From Candidatus Heimdallarchaeota archaeon (GTDB lineage: Archaea > Asgardarchaeota > Heimdallarchaeia > Heimdallarchaeales > Kariarchaeaceae), in the NCBI GenBank assembly GCA_030149205.1, contig JASBSB010000001.1, positions 840,001 through 872,000 on the forward strand: a DNA stretch of 32,000 nucleotides, in the 5' to 3' direction. Positions 17,993-27,202 of this stretch are shown piece after piece (position 1 is the first letter of the stretch; each line of letters begins with the position of its first letter). Position numbers and translations under genes: made by a program. The notes under the pieces are model-generated. The model made no database searches, was not told the DNA's origin, and worked only from the letters and a program-made list of their open reading frames with translations.

Positions 17993-18315
17993 CGAGAAAA
18001 TATCTTCTTCCACTATTAAAGTATTATTTGCAGAATATGGACAGTTGAGAGCTTATATCTCTTGAATTCATCGAATTTTCAGATTTTTCAGAACTAAATT
18101 AAATACAAAATTTAATATTGTCAATAAAGAATCTTTGAAAGTTAGATATGAGTGAATCTGAATGCTCATTATAAGGATTGCTCCCGAAAATATAGTCCAA
18201 CTACCTCGAAATTGAATCTGATATGCCTGCCAATAAATTTACTAAATAATTTGAAGACAGAAACCAAAGGTGGTGATTAAGAAAAGCCTTTAAATTTCAT
18301 ATCAAGTGACACAAA

Positions 18316-18879
18316 ATGACAGATTGCATCATCATCTTTGGCCCACCAGCAGTGGGGAAGATGACAGTGGGAATGGAGCTGGAGAAGATAACTGGATACA
18401 AGCTCTTTCACAACCACATGACAGTAGAGTTGCTTCTCAATTTCTTTCAGTTTGGCAGTGCATCATTTCGAAGGCTGGACAAACTATTCAGATTTGAGCT
18501 GTTCAGAGAGATAGCCAAGAGTGACCTCAGGGGATTGATCTTCACCTTTGTCTGGGCACTGGATCAGAAGGATGACTGGGAATATGTTGCAGAGATACAG
18601 AGTGTATTTTCAGAAGGTAAAACCCACCTCATAGAACTTGTAGCCGACCAACAAACCAGACTTAAGAGGAATACAACCAACCTAAGATTAGATAAAAAGC
18701 CATCAAAGAGAAACACAGAACGTTCAGAAAAAAATTTGAGAGAGATTGACAGAAAATACCGTGTAAATTCTATTGAATCCGATGATTTTTCAGGGTTTGA
18801 TAATTTCCTAACAATTGATAATTCAAATATGAATGCATCTGAAGTGGCAAATCTAATAAAAGAAAAGCTGAATCTCTGA
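18316..18879 (+). CDS. P-loop nucleotide/small-molecule kinase-like protein (AAA_33/shikimate kinase-like)
   Basis: IIIFGPPAVGKMT Walker A, FHNH, lid motif RLKRN, C-terminal IDNS. Confidence 0.88.
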   Translation: MTDCIIIFGPPAVGKMTVGMELEKITGYKLFHNHMTVELLLNFFQFGSASFRRLDKLFRFELFREIAKSDLRGLIFTFVWALDQKDDWEYVAEIQSVFSEGKTHLIELVADQQTRLKRNTTNLRLDKKPSKRNTERSEKNLREIDRKYRVNSIESDDFSGFDNFLTIDNSNMNASEVANLIKEKLNL

Positions 18880-18996
18880 AACTGGACCTAAGTTCTCAAG
18901 AACCTCCTAACCTATAAACCAAGAATTCAAGTAGTCCTGCTCATAAACCGTTCAGCCTCACAACATGTTTTTATTCAGAGGCAAGTCAGTCACCTC

Positions 18997-20229
18997 ATGA
19001 GAAACATCGCAATCAAGGACATTTCAATTTTTGACTCTGCTTTGGGGAAGATGGTTGAGGGACAGTCAGTAATGGTGACAGGTGAATCCATCACTAAGGT
19101 GGGTGACTCATCCGACATCGATTCTGGTTCTGAGGACAGAGTGATTGATGGAACTGGAAAGTTTCTGATACCGGGAATGATTGACCTACATGTCCATCTG
19201 AGCTTCACACACAGTCTGATGAAGAATTTTGAAAGAGAGATGCTGCGTAGAAAAGATGCCTGGTGGGCATACACCGCACTAAAAAATGCACAAGAATACC
19301 TGAAGTATGGTTTCACAACACTTAGAGGCTGTGGTTCATCTAAGCACCTTGCCTCATTAAAGGAGGCATTTAATGAGGGAATGTTCAGGGGGCCAAGATT
19401 AAAGCTTGCGCTAAGAACAATTGGACAGCTTGGAAATCAGGAACTCTATGGCCCTCAGGAGTGGATTGATGTATCAAAGACCCAAGGTGTCTCTGGTGTT
19501 GAAGGGGTGATTGCTGCAGTAAGAGAGAGAAAATCTGAGGGGTCAGATCATATTAAGACAACCACTACGGGTGGGGTTCTGCATGGAAAGGAGTCTGATG
19601 TCAACAGAACACTCTGGAGAGAGGATGAGTTAAAGGCAATGGTGAGTGAGACTGAACGCCTGGGGATGTATGTTGCTGCCCATGCACATACAGACCAAGG
19701 CATCAGAGAGGCAAGTCTTGCTGGGGTGAGATCGATTGAGCATGGAACCATGATGAGTGAGGAGACTATTGATGAGATGGTGAAGCGTAACACCTATTTG
19801 GTGCCAACTCAGTCAGCTGGGACCTTTATCGACAGGGCTGATGAATCAGTGAAGAAGCAGCTTCCGCCAGAGGTGATCAAGAAATGGAAGTTTGTCTCAT
19901 CAAAGATGGTTGAATCTCATAAGATCGCCTTTGAAAAGGGAGTGATAATAGGTCTTGGGACAGATGCACCTGTTGCTGGTGAACACTGCCACTCACCCCT
20001 CGAGTTACAGTTGATGATCAGAAATGTGGGGATGACCCCCGCACAGGCACTTCAAGCTGCAACCATCAATGCTGCCAAGGTGATGAGAATGGAAGAACAG
20101 ATAGGAAACATTCGAGAGGGATACTCAGCTGATTTTTCAATTGTGAACAAGAATCCCCTTGAAGACATCAGTGTGCTATCTCAGGAAGACACCTTTGAAA
20201 AGGTGTTTATCAAGGGAAATTCTGCTTAA
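18997..20229 (+). CDS. Metal-dependent amidohydrolase (prolidase/imidazolonepropionase-like subgroup)
   Basis: IPGMIDLHVH, HIKTTTTGG, AAHAH, IEHG, GTDA, GYSADF. Confidence 0.93.
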   Translation: MRNIAIKDISIFDSALGKMVEGQSVMVTGESITKVGDSSDIDSGSEDRVIDGTGKFLIPGMIDLHVHLSFTHSLMKNFEREMLRRKDAWWAYTALKNAQEYLKYGFTTLRGCGSSKHLASLKEAFNEGMFRGPRLKLALRTIGQLGNQELYGPQEWIDVSKTQGVSGVEGVIAAVRERKSEGSDHIKTTTTGGVLHGKESDVNRTLWREDELKAMVSETERLGMYVAAHAHTDQGIREASLAGVRSIEHGTMMSEETIDEMVKRNTYLVPTQSAGTFIDRADESVKKQLPPEVIKKWKFVSSKMVESHKIAFEKGVIIGLGTDAPVAGEHCHSPLELQLMIRNVGMTPAQALQAATINAAKVMRMEEQIGNIREGYSADFSIVNKNPLEDISVLSQEDTFEKVFIKGNSA

Positions 20230-20231
20230 TC

Positions 20232-20930
20232 CTATTTAGGATGAGCTTGAATATTTTTCACAAATTTGATTGATAGAAAGCCATCTTCTGTTTCTCCTTC
20301 AAGGATGGTCACAGATTCACTTGTCGAGGTCAGTTTAAGTTTGGGGAAGATGCCCCCCTGCGTAACAATTTCATCAATGGGTGCATTTACCATCTGGGCC
20401 ACTTTTTTCATCATAAATACATGTTCTGGTCTTACAATTTTACCAGAGGCAGTTCTGGGTCGATATGTCTCCTCAAATTTTTTCATCAATGCCCTGTTTC
20501 CCTTTACATCCCAGTTAATTTGTTTAAGTAACTGGTAAACATAGTTCTTGTGAATATGGACATCAAATTTGGTAGAGATGAGGTCAGTGATTGTTTTCAG
20601 ATCCCAAAATTTCTCTTTATACCCAAATTCTTCTGGAGCCCTATTGAGACATTCTATGAGATATTTCTTGTTAATTTTTTGTGGGCGTCCCGTTCTTTCT
20701 TTTTTTTGTAATGCCCCGGATCCATGTGTTTTGTATTTTTTCAACCAGTAGTATATCTGATGTTTCGGGAGAAGTAAAATCTCAGCGATTTTAGCCACTG
20801 GATAATTTTTTAAGAATAGAATTATAATTAAGTACCTAATTCTTACATCTGCATCATTTTCTGATTTATACCTATCTTCAAGTTTAGGGAGGTTAAAATT
20901 CTCTTTTTCCAATAGTTGAATATTTGTCAC
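20232..20930 (-). CDS. IS630-type HTH/winged-helix protein fused to an unknown C-terminal domain; no DDE domain
   Basis: RIRYLII..KIAEIL....IYYWLKKY...G..AL....RTGRP.K..L..AP.EFGY....WDL..I..LI...F.V......VY.LL is the N-terminal pattern of IS630 transposases. The remaining ~100 aa lack DDE motifs. Confidence 0.8.
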   Translation of the reverse strand: MTNIQLLEKENFNLPKLEDRYKSENDADVRIRYLIIILFLKNYPVAKIAEILLLPKHQIYYWLKKYKTHGSGALQKKERTGRPQKINKKYLIECLNRAPEEFGYKEKFWDLKTITDLISTKFDVHIHKNYVYQLLKQINWDVKGNRALMKKFEETYRPRTASGKIVRPEHVFMMKKVAQMVNAPIDEIVTQGGIFPKLKLTSTSESVTILEGETEDGFLSIKFVKNIQAHPK

Positions 20931-20933
20931 CTC

Positions 20934-20990
20934 ATTTCTCTATAAGAAATATATTCTTAAAACTATATGATTTTCCAATAGATAACTATT
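20934..20990. promoter_or_regulatory. Cluster of inverted repeats in the divergent promoter region
   Basis: ATTTCT-5-AGAAAT (20934-20950), TAAGAA-5-TTCTTA (20943-20959) and AATAG-4-CTATT (20977-20990). TTTTAAGA TATA-like element on the minus strand at 20956-20963. Confidence 0.4.
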
Positions 20991-21015
20991 CAGTTCATAG
21001 TGTTGTATTGAGCAT

Positions 21016-22149
21016 ATGGATGAAGACTATATTAGTTATGTTCTCTCATTGTTGTTATATCTCACCTTAGGTGCTCTTGCAACAGTGCTAGCTTTTTCCG
21101 CATCATTTCAATGGATTATTCCACCCAGTTCGCTGACTTGGGTAAGGATTCATTTTGTAACACTGGGTATCTTGACTCAAACCCTGTTTGTTTTTATTCC
21201 CAGAAGATTAGGATCGAAGACCACCCGCTGGGATATTTGGGTGCTATTTAATACTGGATTTATCGCCTTCTTCTATGGAAGATCAATACTAGATGAGGTA
21301 ATAATGAATGTTGGGGGTCTTTTTATTTTTGTTGCGACCCTCTTATTTTTAATTCAGGTGTTAAGACTGAGAACCTCAGAATATCCAACAGATTGGTTTT
21401 ATATATTTGGAACCTTCTTCCTTTTTGTTGGAATTACTGTGGGGACTGGTATCTGGTCGTCTTGGGGGAAATTTTTGTACGCAGGAAACTTAGTGGAGGT
21501 GCATATTCACGCCAATAATTGGGGTTTTATGGCGATGGTTTTTACTGGGTTAGTGTTTGACAGCTATACAAAGGTTACTTCAAAGAGGATTCAATTCGAA
21601 AGCAGTCCCATTTATATCTTGATATTTGAGATACTGGGAGCTTCTGGTTTGATACTTGGTCCTTGGCTTTCTAATATCCCCATTACGGTTGCAGGAATGT
21701 TGTTTTTCATTGTGGCAACTATAATATTTTTGTTGGATATTTTCCTGCCATTTAGAGGAGAAGCCAAGCCCATTGGATTTTTACATATAATATTTGGCTA
21801 TATCTGGATTTTTGCACCTTTAATAATTGCACCTTTTGTTATCTTTAAGGTCAATGGGTTTCAATTGGTTGAGCCTAATGCACCTCAAGCCCTCATCTAT
21901 GGTTGGGTTCTTCAGGTAGGCATAGCCTTGCTGGTATATCTGATCTTTCCCAAGAAGGGAATATATGGTGGAACAAGGTATTCCCTCGTTTTGTTAAATC
22001 TTGGGGCAATTCTCCTTTGGATCGGTATATTTTCACCAGCATCAGTGGAGATTTTTCGAGGGTTTGCCTATGTGAGCTGGTTCTTGGCTCTACTGTTTAT
22101 ACTCAACCAGGTATTTAGCATATATTCCGAAGAGACTCTGAAAACATGA
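21016..22149 (+). CDS. Polytopic membrane protein with intramembrane His motifs (NnrS / heme-copper oxidase subunit I-like)
   Basis: About 11-12 TM. RIHFVTLG and EVHIHANNWGF resemble the H-x-x-x-x-x-G motifs of NnrS-like proteins. The family call is tentative. Confidence 0.6.
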   Translation: MDEDYISYVLSLLLYLTLGALATVLAFSASFQWIIPPSSLTWVRIHFVTLGILTQTLFVFIPRRLGSKTTRWDIWVLFNTGFIAFFYGRSILDEVIMNVGGLFIFVATLLFLIQVLRLRTSEYPTDWFYIFGTFFLFVGITVGTGIWSSWGKFLYAGNLVEVHIHANNWGFMAMVFTGLVFDSYTKVTSKRIQFESSPIYILIFEILGASGLILGPWLSNIPITVAGMLFFIVATIIFLLDIFLPFRGEAKPIGFLHIIFGYIWIFAPLIIAPFVIFKVNGFQLVEPNAPQALIYGWVLQVGIALLVYLIFPKKGIYGGTRYSLVLLNLGAILLWIGIFSPASVEIFRGFAYVSWFLALLFILNQVFSIYSEETLKT

Positions 22150-22307
22150 ATTTGATGGATATCAATTAATTATTCTTTGTGGTCTGTAAACTACATAGCC
22201 TGCAAATAACTGAACCTGTACCCGAAATTGTCACATGATTAATTACGTTAAAAAAATAACATTGCTTGAAATTTACATGAGGTAGATTATTTTTTATTAA
22301 AATACAA

Positions 22308-23912
22308 CTATTTCCTCAATTTTATAATTGACCTTCTGTTTATCACTGCTATAGCCACAAAGGTAAACAGAAGCAACCAAGGAGTCACAATTGCTGGGAG
22401 TGAAAGCGAGGTTGTTTTCAAAGAGCTTTTACTTGAGTTCGAGGTCATAGTTGATGAGGTTGGAGTTGGTGAAATTGAGGGAGTTGTTGTGTTATTAGGA
22501 GGTGGGGTTGGCGTAGTCGGGGGAGTTGTCGTGCCAGTTGAGGTGGAGTTATAAACTGTGACCATAGTTGTCGAACTGACACTAAACCCAGAGTAATCCT
22601 TTGCAACAATTGTGTAGTTGTAGACACCAATTGGGAGACCATCGATATTAAGAGAAATGGTGACATTTGATACCAAAACATCAGATTTGATTAAAGTGTT
22701 ATTTTTGTAAATAAGGTACTTCGAGGGGTTATCATCCATCACCTTCCAGATAAGTGTATTTCCAGTGCTTCCCAGCAGATATTTAGAGCTTAAAGGTGCT
22801 TGAATAAAAGAAGGAGCTATGCTATTAAAAGTGAACGTTATGTTCTTCAATGCAATAAACTCATAGTTGTGATCTAGGTTATTGGAGATCATGTTGTATC
22901 TCACAGTCATATTGGATTCTGTTTCAAGCTTCAATCCAATCATGTTATAACGGATTGTGTTGTTTGAGATTACACTCATATTTGAAGAAATGGAGTATAT
23001 TCCTGCTTTGCTGTTGCTAAAAATATTGTTCTTTACAAGTGTGTCATTCCCACTATAAAAATGGTCAATCCCATATTTTGTGTTGTTATAGATCTTGTTG
23101 GATGAAATGGTGGAATTCGCGTTAAAGAGGTATTCGATTCCACTTGCTGAGTTGTTGTAGATTGTGTTTGAGGTGATGTTAAGAAGCTTGGAAAAACTCG
23201 CGGATATCCCAGAGCCCTGGTTTTGCCTCAGTGTGTTATTCGCTATTGTGACATTCTTCTCTAATGTCAGAACTATTCCATCCTGAAAATTATTGTAGAT
23301 CAGGTTGTTGGTCAAGCTCGAATTGTCTGCTGCAAATGAGATACCATTGGAATTTCCATAGATTGTGTTAGAGTCCAGTTGTACACCAGTACCAAAATTG
23401 ACTGAAAAACCATCATTAGAGTTGTTGTAGACCTGATTTGAGACAAAACTTGAGTTGTCATTGAGATATACATAAAACCCAACATCAGTATTGTTGTGAG
23501 AGACACAACCTGTTAGTGTAGCATTGGCACCATAGGCTATAAAAAATCCATCTAAAAATCCAGAGACGGTGATGTTAATCAGCTTGTAATGATAGGTCAC
23601 CTGCTCTATATCCACCCCGTACCCACTTCCAGAGGTATCTGTTATAAGGAGGTTTGAGATGATGAACGGATTAGAGGAGGTTCCTGTACCCTTCCATCCA
23701 TTTGTTGATGCCTGAGACTTGAAGTCTGCATTGCTCATGATACTAATCAGTGTATGGGGTGTGAGAGATGAACTTTTCACACCCTTGACAGGGCGATTCA
23801 CCCTGCCTTCCCGCAAGTTAAGATGTCTTACAGTTTGTGGTGCCCCTTGCACAAAGAGAGGAGACCCAAAAACCAGCAATATAACCAAAATTATGCTTTT
23901 TGTGTATTGCAT
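22308..23912 (-). CDS. Surface protein with right-handed beta-helix (NosD/CASH-like) repeats, Ig-like domain, S/T/P linker and C-terminal anchor
   Basis: Signal peptide from ATG 23912. GWKGTGTSSNPFII, then repeated (I/V)xxNxIxNNxxxGI units. WKVMDDNP..Y.IY.N..DGL.IG.YNYTI.A.D.SG. TTTPPTTPTPPP linker, TM and RR. Confidence 0.92.
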   Translation of the reverse strand: MQYTKSIILVILLVFGSPLFVQGAPQTVRHLNLREGRVNRPVKGVKSSSLTPHTLISIMSNADFKSQASTNGWKGTGTSSNPFIISNLLITDTSGSGYGVDIEQVTYHYKLINITVSGFLDGFFIAYGANATLTGCVSHNNTDVGFYVYLNDNSSFVSNQVYNNSNDGFSVNFGTGVQLDSNTIYGNSNGISFAADNSSLTNNLIYNNFQDGIVLTLEKNVTIANNTLRQNQGSGISASFSKLLNITSNTIYNNSASGIEYLFNANSTISSNKIYNNTKYGIDHFYSGNDTLVKNNIFSNSKAGIYSISSNMSVISNNTIRYNMIGLKLETESNMTVRYNMISNNLDHNYEFIALKNITFTFNSIAPSFIQAPLSSKYLLGSTGNTLIWKVMDDNPSKYLIYKNNTLIKSDVLVSNVTISLNIDGLPIGVYNYTIVAKDYSGFSVSSTTMVTVYNSTSTGTTTPPTTPTPPPNNTTTPSISPTPTSSTMTSNSSKSSLKTTSLSLPAIVTPWLLLFTFVAIAVINRRSIIKLRK

Positions 23913-24193
23913 ATCCAGATGACATGAAGACTGGTTTAAAAGTTTTATTGAACATTGTTGAATATGAACATAGTTTATCAAGTTTAGTTTAGTATTAAGA
24001 GCTATGAGTTCTCATGGTTTGTAAAAAAATCTTTATTGTGATTTGCTTTTTATTTGTAAATACAAAATCAATATATCACAATTTATTTTGCTTTAAACTC
24101 ATCCTTAAACAAATTCTGGACTTTCAACAGACTTTTCCATGTGATTAAGTTATTCGATATGGTTTAAGAGAGTTAAATATGAACCATGAATAT

Positions 24194-24925
24194 TCAGTTT
24201 CTATACCTATTGTAGAGCCATAGTACCAGAAGTAAACCTATCTCGTAGATGATAATCAGGTAGATTGATTCTGTCCATGCTGTTCCTGTGTCATATACAG
24301 ACCTAAAGAGCATCTTCACAGAACCATGCGAAGGCATAAAGTCAATCCAGTTGTCATTATATCGACGTGAGAGTACTGGGTTCTCAATGAAGGCCGTGTC
24401 AACCACACCTAAGGTGAGAATTAGGTAAAGACCCAAGGACTTAGAGTCACTAACCGATGCCAGGATGATCCCGATGGTTGAGAAAATGACTGCAATTGAC
24501 ACCAATGAAACAAAAAATCCTATGTCTGATCTGACACTGATTATTGCCACATCATAAAGGTAGATAACAGTCACAATGAAAACATCAATTAGTATTACAA
24601 GGGTCAATAACCCTATAATAAGTGAGAGTGAGGAGTAACCCTGTAACTTTAACCGGGCACTTGTATTTCGGAGGTTGTGTGCGAGGAAAAAGCTGGAGAT
24701 TGATGCCACAATAACCACAGCTGTCAATGAGTAAAGCATGAGATTCAGGGTAACCCCTGAAGATGTGAATGTTGAGCCATCAAATTTCATCAGGATATCA
24801 GACTTTGGAGCTGCTGCTTGTGCTGATACCTGAAGCAGCAATGGCAAAATGACAAGTGATATAATAACACCCCTTTCTCTGAGAAAGGCAATTGTGTAAT
24901 ATTTTAATAATGATACCGATTTCAT
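24194..24925 (-). CDS. ABC-2 type exporter permease
   Basis: About 6 TM with DTAFIENP..DFMPSHG. Paralogous to the upstream permease and 3 bp after its stop. Confidence 0.88.
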   Translation of the reverse strand: MKSVSLLKYYTIAFLRERGVIISLVILPLLLQVSAQAAAPKSDILMKFDGSTFTSSGVTLNLMLYSLTAVVIVASISSFFLAHNLRNTSARLKLQGYSSLSLIIGLLTLVILIDVFIVTVIYLYDVAIISVRSDIGFFVSLVSIAVIFSTIGIILASVSDSKSLGLYLILTLGVVDTAFIENPVLSRRYNDNWIDFMPSHGSVKMLFRSVYDTGTAWTESIYLIIIYEIGLLLVLWLYNRYRN

Positions 24926-24928
24926 CTC

Positions 24929-25675
24929 TTAATTCACCTTCTTTATTTTGGTCACAGCTAGACCAGCCACGAGAAAGAACAGGGCGTATAGAATGCTGTA
25001 CAATAGAACCTGCGACATCAGCTCATTTTTTCCGATAAAACTTGATTCCAAAACGAGTTGTGTGGGCCAGAAGCCAGGAAGGAATCTAGTCCAATCCTGA
25101 AGATAGATCTGCTCACCCATTGGGTTAGAAAAGAGCATTAAGTCAATAAATGAGAAGACCAGAACTATGAGACTCCCCTCTGTAAACTGATTCGTTACTG
25201 AAGCAATAAAATTTCCAAAGGCAGAGTAAATCAATGCAACAAAAACCACCGAAAGCACAAAACCGTAGTCTGATTTGGGTTGTCTTAGAAACAGGGTGAA
25301 AAGCACGGTTAAGATAACTGAGGTTGTTAATGCCAGCAGAAGTGACAAAAATGACGACAGGTTTACAATTGTTGTGCTGTAACCACTGAGCTCCAACCTC
25401 TCTCCAATTCTATTGTTCTCCACAGACACAATAAACCCAAATAATCCAGCCGTCAACCCCATTGCAGTTAGCGCACCGGTGTATAGATGAACATTAACCA
25501 TCGTCTGAGAAATAATCACATCTGTTGTGAGCTTAAATCTCATTGGGATCTCTGCAGTGACCCACCATGTGCTCCAAATCAGAAAGAGGGGGAGCACCAA
25601 GGTACTAAAAATAATTGCCTTCTGTCTGAAAAGATTCTTCAGGAATGATAGAGTTAGTCTTATGAACTTCACCAA
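24929..25675 (-). CDS. ABC-2 type exporter permease
   Basis: About 6 TM with DLMLFSNPM..RFLPGFW. Likely start TTG 25675 or GTG 25672 after a GGGGT SD-like element (ORF-track start 25720). Confidence 0.88.
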   Translation of the reverse strand: MVKFIRLTLSFLKNLFRQKAIIFSTLVLPLFLIWSTWWVTAEIPMRFKLTTDVIISQTMVNVHLYTGALTAMGLTAGLFGFIVSVENNRIGERLELSGYSTTIVNLSSFLSLLLALTTSVILTVLFTLFLRQPKSDYGFVLSVVFVALIYSAFGNFIASVTNQFTEGSLIVLVFSFIDLMLFSNPMGEQIYLQDWTRFLPGFWPTQLVLESSFIGKNELMSQVLLYSILYALFFLVAGLAVTKIKKVN

Positions 25676-25685
25676 GACGAACCCC

Positions 25686-26348
25686 CTACTGGCAGCAGAC
25701 AGGACAATCTTTTCGGTCACATCCCTGAAGCCTTTTGTTGATCAGATGATAAGACTTGGTAAACTTACTTGTGTCCTCAATCATGTGACTAACAATAACA
25801 ATAGATTTACCCTTTTCTCTCAGATTGAACTGTATCTCCCAAAAGGTCTGAAATGACACATAATCAAGCCCCTGATAAGGTTCATCCAACACAAAAACGT
25901 CTGGCTCTCCAAGTAGAGAAACTCCAAAGTTAAGTTTCTGCATTGTACCCCCACTCAGATTCCTAACCAGCTCACCTGCGTACTGTGAGAAATTTAGCTG
26001 ATTCATTATTTCATTTGCCTGTTTCCGGATCTCAGACTTCTTGAGATTTAAGCCTGACCCAAATATCTCAAAGTTTTCCATTACTGTTAGATTATCAAAA
26101 AGAAGTATATCCTGAGGTGAATACCCGATTCTGCCATGTGGAGATACCTGCCCAGATTTGGGTTTTAACAGGCCCACAATTATCTTCAGGAGCGTTGACT
26201 TTCCAGTCCCATTCTCTCCTGAAATGCCAATTATCTCACCAGGGTTTACTGTGAGATTCACACCATTCAATATCTTCTTTTTTGAATTGTACGAAAACAT
26301 GACATCTCTGATATCTAACAAGCTAGATGTAGCTGCGTCGTGTGACAT
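25686..26348 (-). CDS. ABC transporter ATP-binding protein with Cys-rich C-terminal tail
   Basis: GENGTGKS, Q-loop SPQ, LSGGT signature, VLDEP, SH switch. Tail GCDRKDCPVCCQ. ATG at 26348 (ORF-track start 26381). Confidence 0.95.
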   Translation of the reverse strand: MSHDAATSSLLDIRDVMFSYNSKKKILNGVNLTVNPGEIIGISGENGTGKSTLLKIIVGLLKPKSGQVSPHGRIGYSPQDILLFDNLTVMENFEIFGSGLNLKKSEIRKQANEIMNQLNFSQYAGELVRNLSGGTMQKLNFGVSLLGEPDVFVLDEPYQGLDYVSFQTFWEIQFNLREKGKSIVIVSHMIEDTSKFTKSYHLINKRLQGCDRKDCPVCCQ

Positions 26349-26584
26349 AAATTGATATATCAATTTCTGATATATAAGCATTTGTCATATCTAATAAATT
26401 TTTCAATTATTTGTTCTAAATCTAATTCTTTCTGTTTAATCTTTGTAGAATGTTTTAAGCGAATTTTCTAATAATTTTTTTCTAAGTTGTATAAGTCACA
26501 ACAAACCTTTTAGTCAAGAAAATACTTGCATGACAAATCTTTTCATCAAAAAAGGTTAAAAATTCTATCTCTATTTGTGTTTCA

Positions 26585-27202
26585 ATGGCAAATTTGCTTA
26601 CCCATCCTTCGAAAACACTTCTTCTCAAATATTTCCTAACGTATGGATTGGTGTTTATATTGATTTTCTACATTCCAGGAATCCTAATTATCACTGTCAT
26701 ACTCGAATTGGCACAGTTTTATGTTTTAGTGCACATTGCCAATAGATTTTTCTTTGTGTCTTTACTATATTTGGTTGCAAATTTATTTATATACCCATAT
26801 TTAATTTACAAATATTTTTCCACAATTAACTTCGAATTTCTGGAAAATGAATTACACTTGCATCGGGGGTTAGTGACACAATCCTCTAAAATTGTACCCT
26901 ATAGGACGATAACAAATATCACAATAAAAAGAGACCCTTTAGATCGCCTTCTTGGAATTGGAACCCTACTAATTATGACTGCTGCATCCTCAAATACCAA
27001 CACTAGCAAAGCAGAGGAGAATTTTTCAGGAATCCCAGCTGACCAACTTTCAGATATTCAATCGTTTATCCTAGGTAACATACAGCGGTATTCTGAAAAT
27101 CCAGGGACACACAATGATTTACCTAAACAACCAGAAGAAAGGATACTTGAACAAGTTAAGGAAATTAACAAACTGCTTCAAAAGAGGATGGGTGTTTTAT
27201 AA
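26585..27202 (+). CDS. bPH_2 (YdbS-like) membrane protein
   Basis: Two TM followed by HRGLVT....VPYRTITNI...RDPLDRLLGIGTL.I.TA. Confidence 0.88.
   Translation: MANLLTHPSKTLLLKYFLTYGLVFILIFYIPGILIITVILELAQFYVLVHIANRFFFVSLLYLVANLFIYPYLIYKYFSTINFEFLENELHLHRGLVTQSSKIVPYRTITNITIKRDPLDRLLGIGTLLIMTAASSNTNTSKAEENFSGIPADQLSDIQSFILGNIQRYSENPGTHNDLPKQPEERILEQVKEINKLLQKRMGVL

Noticed and set aside
20232-20930. Active IS630 insertion sequence
   Set aside because: No DDE domain, no usable frameshift product, and no terminal inverted repeats or target duplication found.
22445-22560. Low-complexity GTT/GGT-rich DNA resembling a tandem repeat
   Set aside because: Explained by the Thr/Pro/Ser linker of the beta-helix protein.
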